From contig NC_043002.1 of assembly GCF_006345805.1 (NCBI RefSeq), positions 38,130,001-38,194,000 on the forward strand: a DNA stretch of 64,000 bases. The letters are read 5' to 3'. How positions within the stretch are numbered: the stretch's first letter is position 1; each line of letters begins with the position of its first letter. This DNA comes from Octopus sinensis. Lineage: Eukaryota. Of this stretch, positions 13,459-26,930 are shown piece by piece. The position numbers and the translations under genes were made by a program. The notes under the pieces were generated by a model that saw only the letters and a list, made by a program, of their open reading frames with translations, was not told the origin of the DNA and did not search any database.

Positions 13459-13888
13459 ATTAGGTCACATTTTAAAATATATATATATAGTTATCGCCAA
13501 GCTAACATGGCAGTCCAGATAAATAGAACGAGTGCTGCCGTTGATTAGCTCCAAGAGGCCATCGCCTCTAGCTATGATACACAAACCTGTGTCTCTTATA
13601 ACCTTCGAACAGGGAAGATCAGCAGCTTCTGATATGAACTCTGGAAACGGCCGTAGAAAGTGGACTTCCTCAAATTGTATTATATATCATTTATATATTT
13701 TAAAAAAACTGATTGAATTTTATGTATCTTTTTAATTGGATCTCTTAACCGCTCTTAATTTTAGTACGAAAAAATTGTTTACCGGTTCTGGTTTTCTCAC
13801 TCTTTTTTCCAAATATACCTCACATGTATTTTATGTATATTTATAAATATTAGTATTTCAAAAATTATTCATATTTGTCGATATGTAT

Positions 13889-13955
<67 letters not shown>

Positions 13956-14399
13956 ATGCGCATTTTAAGTCGAATTTATAGCTGTATGAGTATGTCTTTT
14001 GTCTCGGGTTTGACCCGAGCACTTCTTAAGCAGTTCTATATATTTCGTAAGAAGGAATAATAATATTATATATATATAAAGTGAGATTGCTAAAGGAGAT
14101 TATTTCGATAATTCTAATTCATACATATATAATATGGCGAACGAGTTTTACATTCTCGAAGACGTAGTTATAAATCTTTAAAAGTGCTAAATACAGAGTA
14201 ATAAAAGTTTTTAGGTAGATCTAACCAATAATTTAGGACACCAAGCATCTTAAATAAAACGTTTACAAATAATAATCAATAATTTATATTAGTTATATAT
14301 TTCCTGTGTTCATCATTTGGATGCTGCTTTGCTGTTTTGGTTTATTATTCAAAATGTTTTTTTTACGCTGGAATTTGATTCAATTGAAGAGGAAAGTCT

Positions 14400-15640
14400 T
14401 TCTTTTTTCTAAACGCTTCAATGATTCTTTGCCTTCATGCAAGTTTTTCCTTGTTGCATATATTTCGGGGCAACTTGATGTGGAATATAATTAGATTGGC
14501 ATCAGCTCTTCTACTTCGTTCGAAATTAGACTCGTAGGACTAGCAAATCTAAATTGCTTTTTGAATGTGTGAAAAGGCTTTGTTGACCCCTTTAAGACTG
14601 AAGAAATAAACGGGATTTTCCATTGTTAGATCTTCTTCGGTTTCTTTCTAATGTTCTTCCATTTCAATGAGGTCTTTGTTTACAACTCCTTGTTCGTGTA
14701 ACAGAAGCAAATCATTTATGTCATTCGTAGAAACATCAAGGGCCGATTGATTAGTAATATTATCGATCGCTTCTTTTTCGTTTGGAATAATCTCTACGCT
14801 TCTATAGTTCCCTTAAAATTGAGGGCACAGTTTTTTTCCAAATATCTTTCATATTTTCTCTGTAATTTTGTTCTATGCTCTTTTTATTATCTTTACTGCA
14901 CTCGGAACATTGAGTGATTTCCAAAATTCTTTTAACGTTAAGCTCTTTTCCTTAACAATAGCTTGTATTAAGTTGATGTGCCGAAGATAATAAAAGATGC
15001 AATAACGCCTTGGTCCATTGGTTGCAAATGTGCCGTTGTAACATTAATCTAATATTTGGATGGCGATGCTATAGAGATTGTGGATGACAAGTGCATTATC
15101 TATGATCAGTAGCATATCAAATGCAAAATTTTTGTAGCCACAATATTTTTATTTTTTACTTTGAGTATAAAGTGATACAAAACTCAGTCTTCAAACAGTG
15201 TAGCAGTAAATGGCTCCCGTTTATTTGCTTTTCCATATGACTGGCACTGTAACGTTTACGAGGCCTTAAAATGTCCTTGAATTTTCGACATGATGCATAC
15301 GCATGGGACAGCTACATTCACTGATGCCTCCAAACAATTAATGCCATCGATCTTTAGCAATTTCAAATCCTACAAGTGATTATTCATCTTTTACTATGGA
15401 GCTTCAAGCTGGCATCTGTTTCCAATATAGGATCCTTTCGTCTACATTAATGGTTTGTGAGGCTGTATAACCATTTTCTTCAATAAAATATTACTATTTC
15501 TTCGGGAACAAATTTGCTGTTTCAATATCAGTATTCACTCCATGCAAATTTATAGTACGCCAACAAACCGCGTTTTTATTTATATATCTATAAAACCAAC
15601 AATATATGCTGCTTCACAACCGCTTTCTTGTTAATATTTA
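14400..15640 (-). pseudogene. Tigger/pogo (CENP-B-like, DDE_1) transposase fossil
   Basis: Manual minus-strand translation with stops and frameshifts: EENGYTASQTINVDERILYWKQMP (~15410-15470), AKDR..LFGG, LFED, LLIIDNA..HP, HLQPMDQGVIASF (~14998-15030), KEFWKS..IWKKLCP, DINDLL..H...NKDLIEME. Confidence 0.8.
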
Positions 15641-16606
15641 AAACTGCTAAAAAGTTCTTATAACAGTTTGTGTAAGAGATATATTGAAACGTGTTTGATC
15701 AGTTATCCATGGTGATAAGCGGTTATCCATGTGAGGATGCAAGGAATAAGACTGACTAGTCCATTTTTAGTATCCCTGTAGATTGCAACATGTGTAAACA
15801 TCTAGCTTGATTAAAATATTTCTTTATTATTCACTAACTTTATATATAACCGATTGACCCACAGAAAATTTGGATACTGAATCATTGTTGTGTGGAGGCC
15901 CCCAGACGATGAAGTACGCTAGCCCAATACGTAGATATAGAGGGAGAAGCCTAGACGTCAAGACAGAGTAGTGTTGGGTAGAGGTCATCCGAACGTGCAA
16001 CATAACAATCGTAAAAGGTTTTTTTTGTATATTCAAGCTATAATTTCCTTTTTATTGGATTTAATAAAATTTGACTATCTATGAACTTTGTTCTCTTCTC
16101 CCATATCGGAAGGGTGAATCATTTCAAAAGCTTTTAGACTAGTAACGTACAACCTATAAAACCGGGTATTTTCGTTTGTTATAAGTCTGTTCTTAAAACA
16201 TCATGAAATAATCTGTTGTAAGCTGCTTCAAATCTAATAATACATCATTCAGAAGCAAATATTATGCCCGCGACAAGTCACCACTTCAAGACAAAACCAA
16301 GTAGCACTCATATGTTTACAGTTATCAAAGAGTTCAGTTTATTACAAGGACACACTCTGTATTATCAATTATCATAAACCAATGTCAAAAGAGTATCTAT
16401 GTAAGAGTGAAAACAGCATGCTCTTGCTTCCATATACAAACTGCTTAGCTTTCATTTGGCGGAATGAACTACTAAATTTCTATTTTTACATTAAAAAAAA
16501 AAGAATCAGGCTGGACGATCATTAATTCAAAATAGTATTACTGTATAAGTAACTATATGCGAATGAGTGTATATGTAGTTCTATATTGAAGAGAAAGGGA
16601 ATTATG

Positions 16607-16875
16607 TACATTATCTACATTATTTACATATGGCGTAGTGGTTAAGAGTGCGGGCTACTAAACCCAAGATTCCGAGTTCGATTCCATGCAGTGGCCTGAA
16701 TAATAATAATAACAACAACAAAGATAACAACGAAAAATCCCTTAGGAATGAGAACCCAGGTTCGAAATTTCCCCAAGACACCTGATGAATGCTGGAGGGA
16801 GTATCAGCCGAAACTTTGTGTTAACAACAAACAAGATGAGGACAAATATCCGCCAATTGTAAATAATGTAAATAA
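16607..16875 (+). mobile_element. tRNA-headed, HHR-containing short element with 18-bp inverted termini
   Basis: A box TGGCGTAGTGG (16631), tRNA-like loop GGG-CTACTAA-ACCC, B box GAGTTCGATTCC (16674-16685), (AAT/AAC)n linker, HHR at 16777-16822. 16611-16628 is inverted to 16858-16875 at 17/18 nt. Confidence 0.75.
16777..16822 (+). ncRNA. Minimal type I hammerhead-like motif F3
   Basis: gacac-CTGATGA-A-TGCTG-gagggagtat-CAGCC-GAA-ACTT-T-gtgtt. Core is canonical and stem I is gacac/gtgtt. Two G->T changes (stem II base, helix III) probably inactivate this copy. Confidence 0.7.
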
Positions 16876-16959
16876 AAATGTATATGTGTTTGTGCGCGTG
16901 TGTGTGTGTGTGTGTGTGTGTGTATGCATACGTAAATACACCCACACATGCCATTCTCA

Positions 16960-17665
16960 CATTGTTCAATTAAATAGAGCCGCTTGAAACGGTTGCACTG
17001 CATCACCTATTTATATGATGAAAATTGGTATATATACACAGTTTATCTATACTGGTTATAATATGATTTTTAGTAATCTTAAATTTTATCTTCATACAAC
17101 ATAATATTGTTTATATACAATCATCCTTTGTACCCCATGATAAATTCCTCAGTATTAATATCATAGGTTTTATTAGCGTCTTGCCCCTTCAACTGGTGAT
17201 TAACATCTTGATATAGGGTCTTCCCCTACCCAGCCCACGTTATAGACAATTACTTACACATTTCCTAAAATCCTGCCAATATTTATGACCATACCCAACT
17301 ATAAACTGTCAAATCATTCCGTCTGTCCATTCTAAACAGACATTGTCCTCTAGTCTTAGATTTGGTAGTTGATAAAAAAGACTAATAAATTAAAAATGAA
17401 CCACAATCCTTTACGAGCTATGACCCTAACAAACTTCATACACTTCTTAGAAGTGTAGTATATTTTGAGCTACATTAGAAGTAACATGAACGTCTTCCCT
17501 CATCTTGTTCTATTAGAGAATTTGAATAAAATTATATTAATGTGTCCAACTGATTAAAAGTTCTATTTATTTATGCAGCTGAAGATAGCCCTGCATTTAA
17601 ATTGATGTAATGATTGCATTGTTCAATTAAATCGAGCCGCTTGAAACGGTCGTACTGCATCACCT
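16960..17665 (+). repeat. 49-bp direct repeats 657 bp apart; the second lies within an HHR-like fold
   Basis: cattgttcaattaaat(a/c)gagccgcttgaaacggt(tgc/cgt)actgcatcacct at 16960-17008 and 17617-17665. Confidence 0.8.
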
Positions 17666-17790
17666 CTTGATATCCTGTTGCTTATTTTGATTTTATTCGC
17701 CTTACTTTGAGTTGTACGGATGATAGCGTGCTGACTTGTTGCTTTAACTTAAGTACCTAATTCAACTGAATCACAATTATATATACATGC

Positions 17791-17848
<58 letters not shown>

Positions 17849-17879
17849 CATACATACATATATATATATATACATATAC

Positions 17880-17930
<51 letters not shown>

Positions 17931-20900
17931 AGACTATGCTTGTATATTGATCTATATAGCAGTTTAATTTGTGAATGTATATGTGTACACACGTGTCTAA
18001 GTTCATAATATACAAATCTGAAATACGAAACCGTAAATTATGATGTTTTCTAATGGAGACACGAAAGCTATTAATATACTATAAAATATTTCAAATAGTC
18101 ACTTTATGATGAATAACTCTGTATGCATCTTTAATAAAGCTAACTTATCTTAGATATTTAAAATTCTACTTTGAAGAGTTACATTACGTGATGATATATT
18201 CCGGTTGCTAGTCAAAGAACGATGTACTGAGACGAGAGGAAGCTACAGAGGGTCTTGTCGATTGGGCATTAGACTACCAAGTCTGTTGCCAGCAGAAGGT
18301 TTGTCCAAATGCCCAAAACAATGAACATGAAATTGTTCCGTTACGTGAGAAAATTACGTTCCAGCTTAATTTATTTTCCCTTTAAGTGAGAAGGATACGT
18401 TTTGCGAAACATTTAGCCGCTATTTCTAAAATATTAAGCAAGGAAGAATAGGCTTCCTCGTTGTTTTAGCAAAAACATTGCACAAACATAGAAAATTATT
18501 ATCTAGGTCGTTGGTGGTGTCACATGTGTGGTACTTGAGTCTTCTACTTTCTACTATATGCCCATTTGACCCTGTTTGAGATGACTATTTTCCCCGGGTT
18601 TGGATTTCGGCAAGACCAATTAACATTGAGGGGTTACATCGTCTTCTTCTAGAACAACGCATTCCATCAGTCGCAATGATTTTCGTGATAGAGATGCATG
18701 ACTTCGTTGTTAGGGTATTATACTCACGGTCATAAGCTTGTGGTTTCGATTATTAGACCGGGTGACGCGTTGAGCGAAACACTTCATTTCACGTTGCACC
18801 CGTCGATTGGCAGAGAACGTCCCGTCGAGAAGGGAGACAGCGCGATTTTTATCTTTTTGGTGGGTTTGGGGTTGCTTTCTATACAAGAATTGGATTAAAC
18901 ACTAAAGTGGTACTAGAGAACTACCAAAGAAAATACAGCATACAAGCCCAGTCCTGCAATCCCAAAGAGCCTTGTTGCACATTACTCAGGAAAAGTGAAA
19001 TGCCACTCCTTGTGTATTAGAACAATGCAGGAAAATATCGAAAGCATAAATAATTCATTTAGGCACAATTTTTAGTGGCTAAGTGTTTATTCAATTAAAT
19101 CGACATCAGCACTTGACTTCATATGCATTTTAGTGATACTAGTGCGGCGTATGAGAATGAAAGGCAAAATTGAGCTCGGTAGACTGGGATTCACAAAGTG
19201 TAACGCCGAATACATACAAAATGCATTTTGTATGTAGCTCTAACGTATCTGCCAATGCATCACTATAGACAATTTATGAATTATTGATATATATTCAAAG
19301 ATTAGTAAAAGGGATAGTAGTTGGTCCAGTAACAGTAACTGTGTGTCGCCACACATACCTATATTAATTGTTATTACTTTTGTTATTGTTACGACAGCGA
19401 GCTACAGTAGAAAAGGATTATTATTTTTGTTATTTATGGCCGACATTGTATGTGTTGCAGAAACTCCGTGAGTTTGTGCTTTGTCTACCATTTTGGCAGT
19501 CTTTTTTTTTTTTGGTGGTAATTATATTGTTCCACATTATTTCTTAGTTGACCAGAACCACAAACATTTTGTTACTCACTCTACGGGGAGACATTCTTGC
19601 AACTTCTTTTTGTTCATCGTTTTATGGTAAAAAAAAATTTAAACGAAAGCAAACCATCATTTGCAGGTGAAACCATCAATCATCTCAGCCACACAATACT
19701 ACGAATGTAGTAGCAGTGGAAACAACAAACTACAGTAACAACAACCATAAAAACCGCAATAAAATAAGCAGTAGTAGATACAACAATGACATGTCAAATA
19801 AAGAAGCTTGCAAAATACCCAGTGCAATAAAATCATGCATTGTCACCAGTATAGACACAAACTGCTGCAGTATTTGGTGTTGGTGGGTTTTGCTTGTTTT
19901 TCTATGCTTCTATCTGTGACTTTTCACTATTTAGGCACCTCACCTTCGTCACACAATATGTAGTAGGGATCCGAAGGGCTGCAACGACAGCAGCAGATCA
20001 CAGCTTGCATATTCCACGAGTTTCCAAAGATTACGAAAAAGACTCTAACATCTAGTCTGAGAAACCAAAAACTAGCCACCTATCGTCTTGCCAGAAACAT
20101 CAGAACCCACCGATCATTTTGTGTTGGATGGAAGAAGATGGTAGTTGAAAGAATATTCCAAATATTCAGGGAATGTACGAAGGACGAAACAGACGAAAAC
20201 ATCCTATAACAGAGTGAACTCCAGCAGAAAAAGAAAAACAAAAAGCAAATAGTACACGGGAAGATGAGTCTGCTCCAGATGGTGGCATCAGTAGAATTTA
20301 CAAACGTACTTCTGAGTAGCTTTACATCTACGAAACACACATTTTCACGTGATTTAAAAATTCGAAAGTAAATTAATTTCAGACTGATATTTTTGTATAA
20401 GAGGAGATATATAAACCTGCGGAAACCCGATTATTAAAGAAGTGTTCAATTGCATGTAATGAACATTCAATTGAATCTGTGCACGGAGATAATGGGATTT
20501 CCCAAGGTACCCAACCATAAAAATGCTTACGGGTGTTTTGGGGTATGTCGGAACACAGTAGGAAGAATAAAGGAATAGTCATGTCGTACGAATCCTCTGT
20601 TTCATCGTAGGTAGATGCTTTGAATCCGAGTAAGTATGAGTGGCTTTTAGTAAAGTTACATTTTCGTTTTCAGTATTGCATGTCCTTTTAATATTAAAAA
20701 AAATTATGTTATGTAATTATTATATCTTCTTATATAAGTTGTGCCAACATGCATGACATAACCCCTTCAAGATACTCCTCGGTTTTATATAAAATTGTCT
20801 TTTCTAACACTACAAAGCTTTGTAACCCTTATATATACTTTCTTGCACGTGCGAAAGGGCCCTTAAGAGCAAGATAAAGAAACGATTATCATTACTGTTC

Positions 20901-21196
20901 ATTATATATTTAAACATAAATCTAATCAGCAATAGAAGGTGAATATTAGCAACCAACACACCTTTATATAAGATAGTGGATAACAACTGTCCCAGTGTAT
21001 ATTCCTAAGCAACAGATCAAAGCATCTGGCAACTGAAATACTTACGATAATCCAGCTGACGTCTTTAAAGCGTCAGCAAAACAGAAAAGCTATTATTCAA
21101 ATTTCTCTCTGACGTAATTTCCCCCCCTACTTCTTTCATTGTATTTAACCTATGACAACTCTTTAATGATCTACGTCAACTATAATACTTACAAAT

Positions 21197-21263
21197 AAGA
21201 AAGAAAGAAAGAAAGAAAGACAAAAGAGAAAGAAAGAAAGGGAGAAAGAATGAATGAAAGAAA

Positions 21264-21299
<36 letters not shown>

Positions 21300-21319
21300 G
21301 GAGGAAGAAAGGAAGGAAT

Positions 21320-21359
<40 letters not shown>

Positions 21360-21367
21360 GAAGAAAG
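21197..21367. repeat. (GAAA)n/(GAAG)n microsatellite
   Basis: Directly visible. Confidence 0.95.
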
Positions 21368-22348
21368 ACGGCGAGATGAACGAAATATGATAAACTTGTC
21401 TGTGTTTTCATGTACATCACAATAGTTTTTAAAAAGACTATTGACTAATGGCTACAGCAACCGGTCCACTCGTATTTATCTGTTTAGTTGCTTATTTATT
21501 AATACCACAATTCAGTTTTATTTTCTCTTTGGTGTCGCTTTGTCTTTCGGTCATTGTTACTTTCCTTTTACTTCCACCTTCTATTCTTACTTAACTAGAA
21601 TGTATCGCCTAACCACCGATTGCTTATTTCATTCTCTCGACTATTTTTTGGGGGGTTTTTTTTTACACGAATGATGATAATAATTAAGTGAATTTGCATC
21701 TATCTATTTTATAATGAAACAAGACAAGGTATAACTTCTTCAAAGACAAATAAGTTATAAATGCCGACCAAATGATTTCTTTTCTGACTATTGAAATCGA
21801 AAGCTGTTTCCATGTTTACAGACCAAGAGAAAAAGTTCATAATTCAAAGCGGTTGAAAAAACACTTTATGAATATTGTATATGAATAAACTAAAATCATA
21901 TGATCTATATGCGTGTATTGTTTTATAATTCCATAGTTTAAGCCACTTTTCTACATCTACTTTGCAAATCTGTTTTACAAAGCTATTCTAAAATATTCAA
22001 GGTGATAAGAATATAAAAGAATATTCACAAGAAAATTTCTGGAGTAATACTATGAACATTTCATAAATAAATCATGTGGTATGCACAAATCAAAATAATA
22101 TATAAATTTGCAATAAATGGTACATGATGTTCCAATTTTCTAAATTCGTCGAATCCTTCCTGGTTTTGCAAATTCCTGATACATAAGATTGGGAGTAATG
22201 CAGCAAGTTACCTACCCAAGTGCCTTTAATAATCGTTGAAATGATTCTATAAACGCGTGAATCGATAAATATGCGCATTTGTTTGTAAGTATTTATGCAT
22301 ACATGTGTATATTTTTATACGTATACATAAATACATACATGAATAAAT

Positions 22349-22419
<71 letters not shown>

Positions 22420-22717
22420 GGGGGAGATAGAGGAAAGAGAGAGAGAGGGAGAGAAGAGAAATAGAAGAAAATGGCAATGAACACATTTAGCACATTTAGT
22501 AGGAGTTACATGTCATTCTTAAAACAGTTTGTTTCGGTTTAAGAGACTTAAGTTTTGGTTTTAGTTTCGCAGGCCACTTTGCAGAAACCTGCATCGTTCA
22601 CGCGTGGTTAACCGGTTAACTAAGCTTGAAGGAGTCAAGTTTCCTTAGACATGGTTACGTAACTTTAAGTTGCCTGTTACCCGCTCAGACTGTTTTAAAT
22701 ATTAATAATAATAGTAA

Positions 22718-22769
<52 letters not shown>

Positions 22770-22770
<1 letters not shown>

Positions 22771-23103
22771 GGCTCAGTGGTTAGAGCGTCGAGCTTACGA
22801 TCGTGAGGTTGTGAGCTCGAATCCCGGACCGGGCTGCGTGTTGTGTTCTTGAGCAAGGCACTTTATTTCACGTTGCTCCAGTTCACTCAGCTGTAGAAAT
22901 GAGTTGCGACGTCACTGGTGCCAAGCTGTATCGACCTTTGTCTTTCCCTTGGATAACACTGGTGGCGTGGAGAGGGGAGGCTGGTATGCATGGGCGACTG
23001 CTGGTCTTCCATAAACCACCTTGCCCAGACTTGTGACTAGGAGGGTAACTTTCTAGGTGCAATCCCATGGTCATTCATGACCGAAGGGGGTCTTTACCCT
23101 TTA
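22770..23103 (+). mobile_element. V-domain-like tRNA SINE
   Basis: tggctcagtggttagagc (A box), gctcgaatcc (B box), core tgtgttcttgagcaaggcactttatttcacgttgctccagttcactcagctgtagaaatgag, and a distinct 3' tail. Confidence 0.85.
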
Positions 23104-23220
23104 TATACACACATATATATATATATAGTTAATCCAAACATGAACAAAGAGAAAACAACAACGTGAGGACATGGAGCAAGTATAGTGTTATTGGACGTTC
23201 AGGAAAGGAAAGAAAGGAGG

Positions 23221-23254
23221 ATTTAACGTTTCAAGCGGAGTTCTTCATCAGAAT
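23221..23254 (-). ncRNA. Hammerhead-like motif F2
   Basis: Minus: att-CTGATGA-A-GAAC-tcc-GCTT-GAA-ACGT-T-aaat. Core is canonical; stem II is eroded. Confidence 0.55.
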
Positions 23255-23333
23255 GTCCAAGGAAGGGAAGACGGAGAAAGAAAATCGCCTCGCCACTACA
23301 CACATTTTTTCTCTCCTTGTGTTTCTGTGTCCC

Positions 23334-23367
23334 TTTCTGTAGAAGAGCGTAGGCTCGAAACGTAAAA
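23334..23367 (+). ncRNA. Hammerhead-like motif F1 (A6->U)
   Basis: ttt-CTGTAGA-A-GAGC-gtag-GCTC-GAA-ACGT-A-aaa. Triplet GUA. Confidence 0.6.
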
Positions 23368-26300
23368 TACTTTTCTATTCCTGAGCGTTATACTAATACA
23401 TCTGTTTGTTTTGTACACCACCTGTCTTCGTCTTTTGTTTCATTCGTAAATTCTCCCTATATATATATAAACATACATATATACATAAACGCACGCACAT
23501 ACTCACACACACATATACACATACACGCACACGCTCGCACACACAATATATATATATGTATGTGTATGTGAGCGTGTATGTATTTATGTATGTTTGTATG
23601 TATCTGTGTGTGAGCTTTTGTACGTATACTTTAATAGGTGAAGGATGATTTCTGTGTATTTTTAAATAAGATGTTATCATATAAACATTTGTACAGTATG
23701 AATTTATGTTGATTTCTGGAGTATTAATACTCGAGTGTTTGGACAGCAGAAAATTTCTGAAAGTGAACATGTCAAGCTGGCGAAAACTAGGTAAAAGTGT
23801 AGTTTGAATTTCCATTTTCGACTTTATTTTTAGAGTTTATTTTCTATTTTCGGGCGATTCATAATAATGTGTGCCAAAACACTATTGTTTCCGTTTTTAA
23901 TATATGAAACTGATTGTTGTTATGTTTTAACCTCAAACCCTGAATCTTGTTTAAGACGTAATTGGCTACGACGCAGTTATAGGGTGCACGATAGAATTAC
24001 ATATTGTCTCCAAATATATTCTATTTGAACCGAATTTAGAAAAATTATATATTTCTTTTTATTTACTTTCATTTCTCTATATAAACCTTATCACATTTCA
24101 TTCAAAAATACCATTATTTTCTTCTTGAGGATTCTTTTATATAGTAGAAATAAATGTGGTAAATATGGCATGCTGCTTCAAGAAAAATAACTTCAAATAT
24201 ATAGAAATGAAATGAAATTATATTACATTCATATTTGAAGGATTGGGATTGGTCGTAGAGGAATTGAAATGGTTATATTCAGGAATCGAAATAATGTTAT
24301 CCATTCAGTTAACAAATAGTTTATCTTTAATTGTCACTGACTTGCTTGAAAAATATTTATATAAGCTAAAAAAGATAAAAAGTGAATATTTATACCGAGT
24401 AAGACAGTCAAAATTTAAAGAAAGGAATGCAAAGATTATTTTCTCTTAAATTTATTGGTAACACAATCGAATTCTTAAACATTATCATCATTTTTAAGAA
24501 GGTTGTAATTTATTCCATGATCAACAATCTTTGAATAAACATGGTATGACTGAATCCGTTAGAGTAGTTGAATATTCACCATACCCATGTACTCAGAAAC
24601 TTTCTCATATATAATACAACAGAATTGTTTCATTTTTATTAAGATTTAGAGATGAAAAGAAACATGGTGTTGTATATTGAGTGTTGTAAGAAAAGAGAAG
24701 TGATGAAATGATTTCAATAGGAAATTGTCGAGAAGTTGATTACTCAAATAAAATTCGCGCTGTTCTGCTGTGTACTTGCAATATTGTTTTCCCTTCTTTT
24801 CCTTAGACACAAGATTGACTTTCGCAACTTGATGTACGTAGTTCTTGTATGTTAGTGGTACTTATTTAATCAAACTTGAAATGATAAAAGAAGATACTCG
24901 AAAGTAAATCAATTGCACATCAAGAACGATACATACGACAATTTGCAATTTTGAAGCACTTAATGCGACACTTCTTGTACGATACTTTACAATTTTGAAG
25001 CACTTAATGCGACACTTCTCCACTTTTAGTGTCTCCAGTATTGTGAAAATATAATGTTAATGAGTATAATAAATGAATAGAAATTATAGATTGACTGTCA
25101 AAATTCAGAGGTTCGCATTTATTGAAGGTTCAGATCTGATATGAATATAGCTTGGTTTGCATTTTTTCCCTCTAGTAGTCGATGAAGTAAGTACCATGAA
25201 AAACTGGCGTCAATTGAATCAAAACATTTCCTAGTTCGAAAAAATCTCGATTTTATTTTATCACATGAAAACAAATCAATATTTTAATATTGATAATGGT
25301 GCTAAGATGAGTTAATTCTTCCATATTTCGTAATATTTATAGACAAAGTAATTAGTGATACGATAAAGAAATCAGCTGAGTTCAACTAAATAGGAGTCCC
25401 AATGTCAGAATTCTAAATTCTAAGTTTAGACTGTTAGTTGTAAAATAAAATGTTAGCATTAGAAGCCAGTAGCTGCGTGAAACAGAAATTGTGACCTTAA
25501 TTCACGACTGTAAGTGTTGTCTAAATTACAGCTTTACGATGTATTGTGGTTGTTAGAACCGGTTTAAGTTTCCACTTTGCTGGAGATTCTAGCATATCTT
25601 GCAAAGATTATACAGTTAATCTTAAAAAAGCCTTCGTTATTCACGACAGGAATCCAATTAATGTGCAAATCGTGTCTTGGTCAACGCGATATCAACGAAC
25701 AAACTTGTTTTTTCATTTAAAATTTCCGATTAATAATTATCAGATAAGATTAAAGACCTCATGAAACTTAATCGGCGATTTCATGCTCACACCACGAGAT
25801 GAGAGAAGGAGATTAGAAACGTCTGGATTCAACAAAACAAATTAAATATTGCTCTAGAGTGCAACGTTTTGAGGAGAAAAACATTAAATAAAAAAGAATA
25901 AATTGATCATTAAATTTTCAATATCTCTGTAAAGATTTTAAAAATAGATAGCTAAAACAAAGAGGATATAGACACAGAAACAAGCTATTAGACTGATAAA
26001 TAATTAGACAGATGTAGATATTTATAAAAGTTATCCATATATAAAAAAGTTTCATGAATAATTCCATTTCCTTCTTGGTCTGGAACTGATAAATTCTTTT
26101 TCAAGATTTATAACGGTTATTGTTGAACAATCTCTGATTTCATAGTTTATACTTTTGTACGGCTCGTGGTACTTAAAGCTATGCTCCATCTACTAGAAAC
26201 AACGGACGAACACACATTACTGAACCTACAATGACACCATGTGCTTAGACATACTTCATTTTTAGAGTCAGACAATAAGGAAGTCTCCAGCTATCGAAAA

Positions 26301-26570
26301 GGTTTTTAGCGAGCCAAAACGAGTGAATCGATGTCAACACTCACTTTGTTAGTAATTAGTGCGAAATATTTTTCAAATCATACCCTTGGCTCTTAATAAA
26401 AGGGTACACTCGAACCGAATTCTGCGGGTCGCGATTCCATAACAAAACACAGTTTCTTTATTTCTTGAAACGTATGCTTTACCAGCTAGGTAGGCGACGC
26501 CATTCAGAGCACCAGGAGTTCTGCTACCGCAAGATAAAGATCCGAAAGAACGATGTATTTCTAAATATAC

Positions 26571-26606
26571 GCACACACACACACACACACACACAGAGAC
26601 ACACAC

Positions 26607-26659
<53 letters not shown>

Positions 26660-26753
26660 TTACATACATATACGACATATATGTATATATATATATATAT
26701 ACACATATATATATATATACATATATATCTATGCCTACATACATACATATATG

Positions 26754-26810
<57 letters not shown>

Positions 26811-26896
26811 ATACACATATATATATATATATATGTATATCTATCTATATATATATATATACATACGTACCTATATATATATATATAATATATATA

Positions 26897-26928
<32 letters not shown>

Positions 26929-26930
26929 CG
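26571..26930. repeat. Compound (CA)n/(TA)n microsatellite
   Basis: Directly visible; source of the spurious YI-repeat ORFs. Confidence 0.95.

Larger units (their letters stand above)
23128..23457. mobile_element. Back-to-back composite of HHR families F2 (minus) and F1 (plus)
   Basis: 23128-23290 matches 13266-13458; 23291-23457 matches the F1 terminal repeat. Both 3' ends face outward into (TA)n. Confidence 0.8.

Noticed and set aside
13626-13660. HHR relic ctt-CTGATATGA-actctg-GAAACGGCCGTA-gaaag
   Set aside because: Helix III and the GUA site fit, but the core has a 2-nt insertion and stem II is deleted. Counted only as a relic.
16631-16690. Possible tRNA-Ser gene
   Set aside because: No acceptor stem, no long variable arm and an incomplete T stem. 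It is a SINE-type tRNA-derived head.
20080-20582. Minus ORF with FFFCWSS (GPCR TM6-like), and plus-strand LLKKC..ESVHG resembling Mutator-like transposases
   Set aside because: Single short motifs with no supporting flanking domains or splice evidence; cannot be distinguished from chance without a search.
24932-25019. 44-bp period tandem duplication
   Set aside because: Ordinary local duplication with only two units; not CRISPR-like (no unique spacers, eukaryotic context).
25792-25826. cca..gatgag..GAAACGTC-tgg
   Set aside because: The core reads CGAGATGA and there is no stem II; could be chance.
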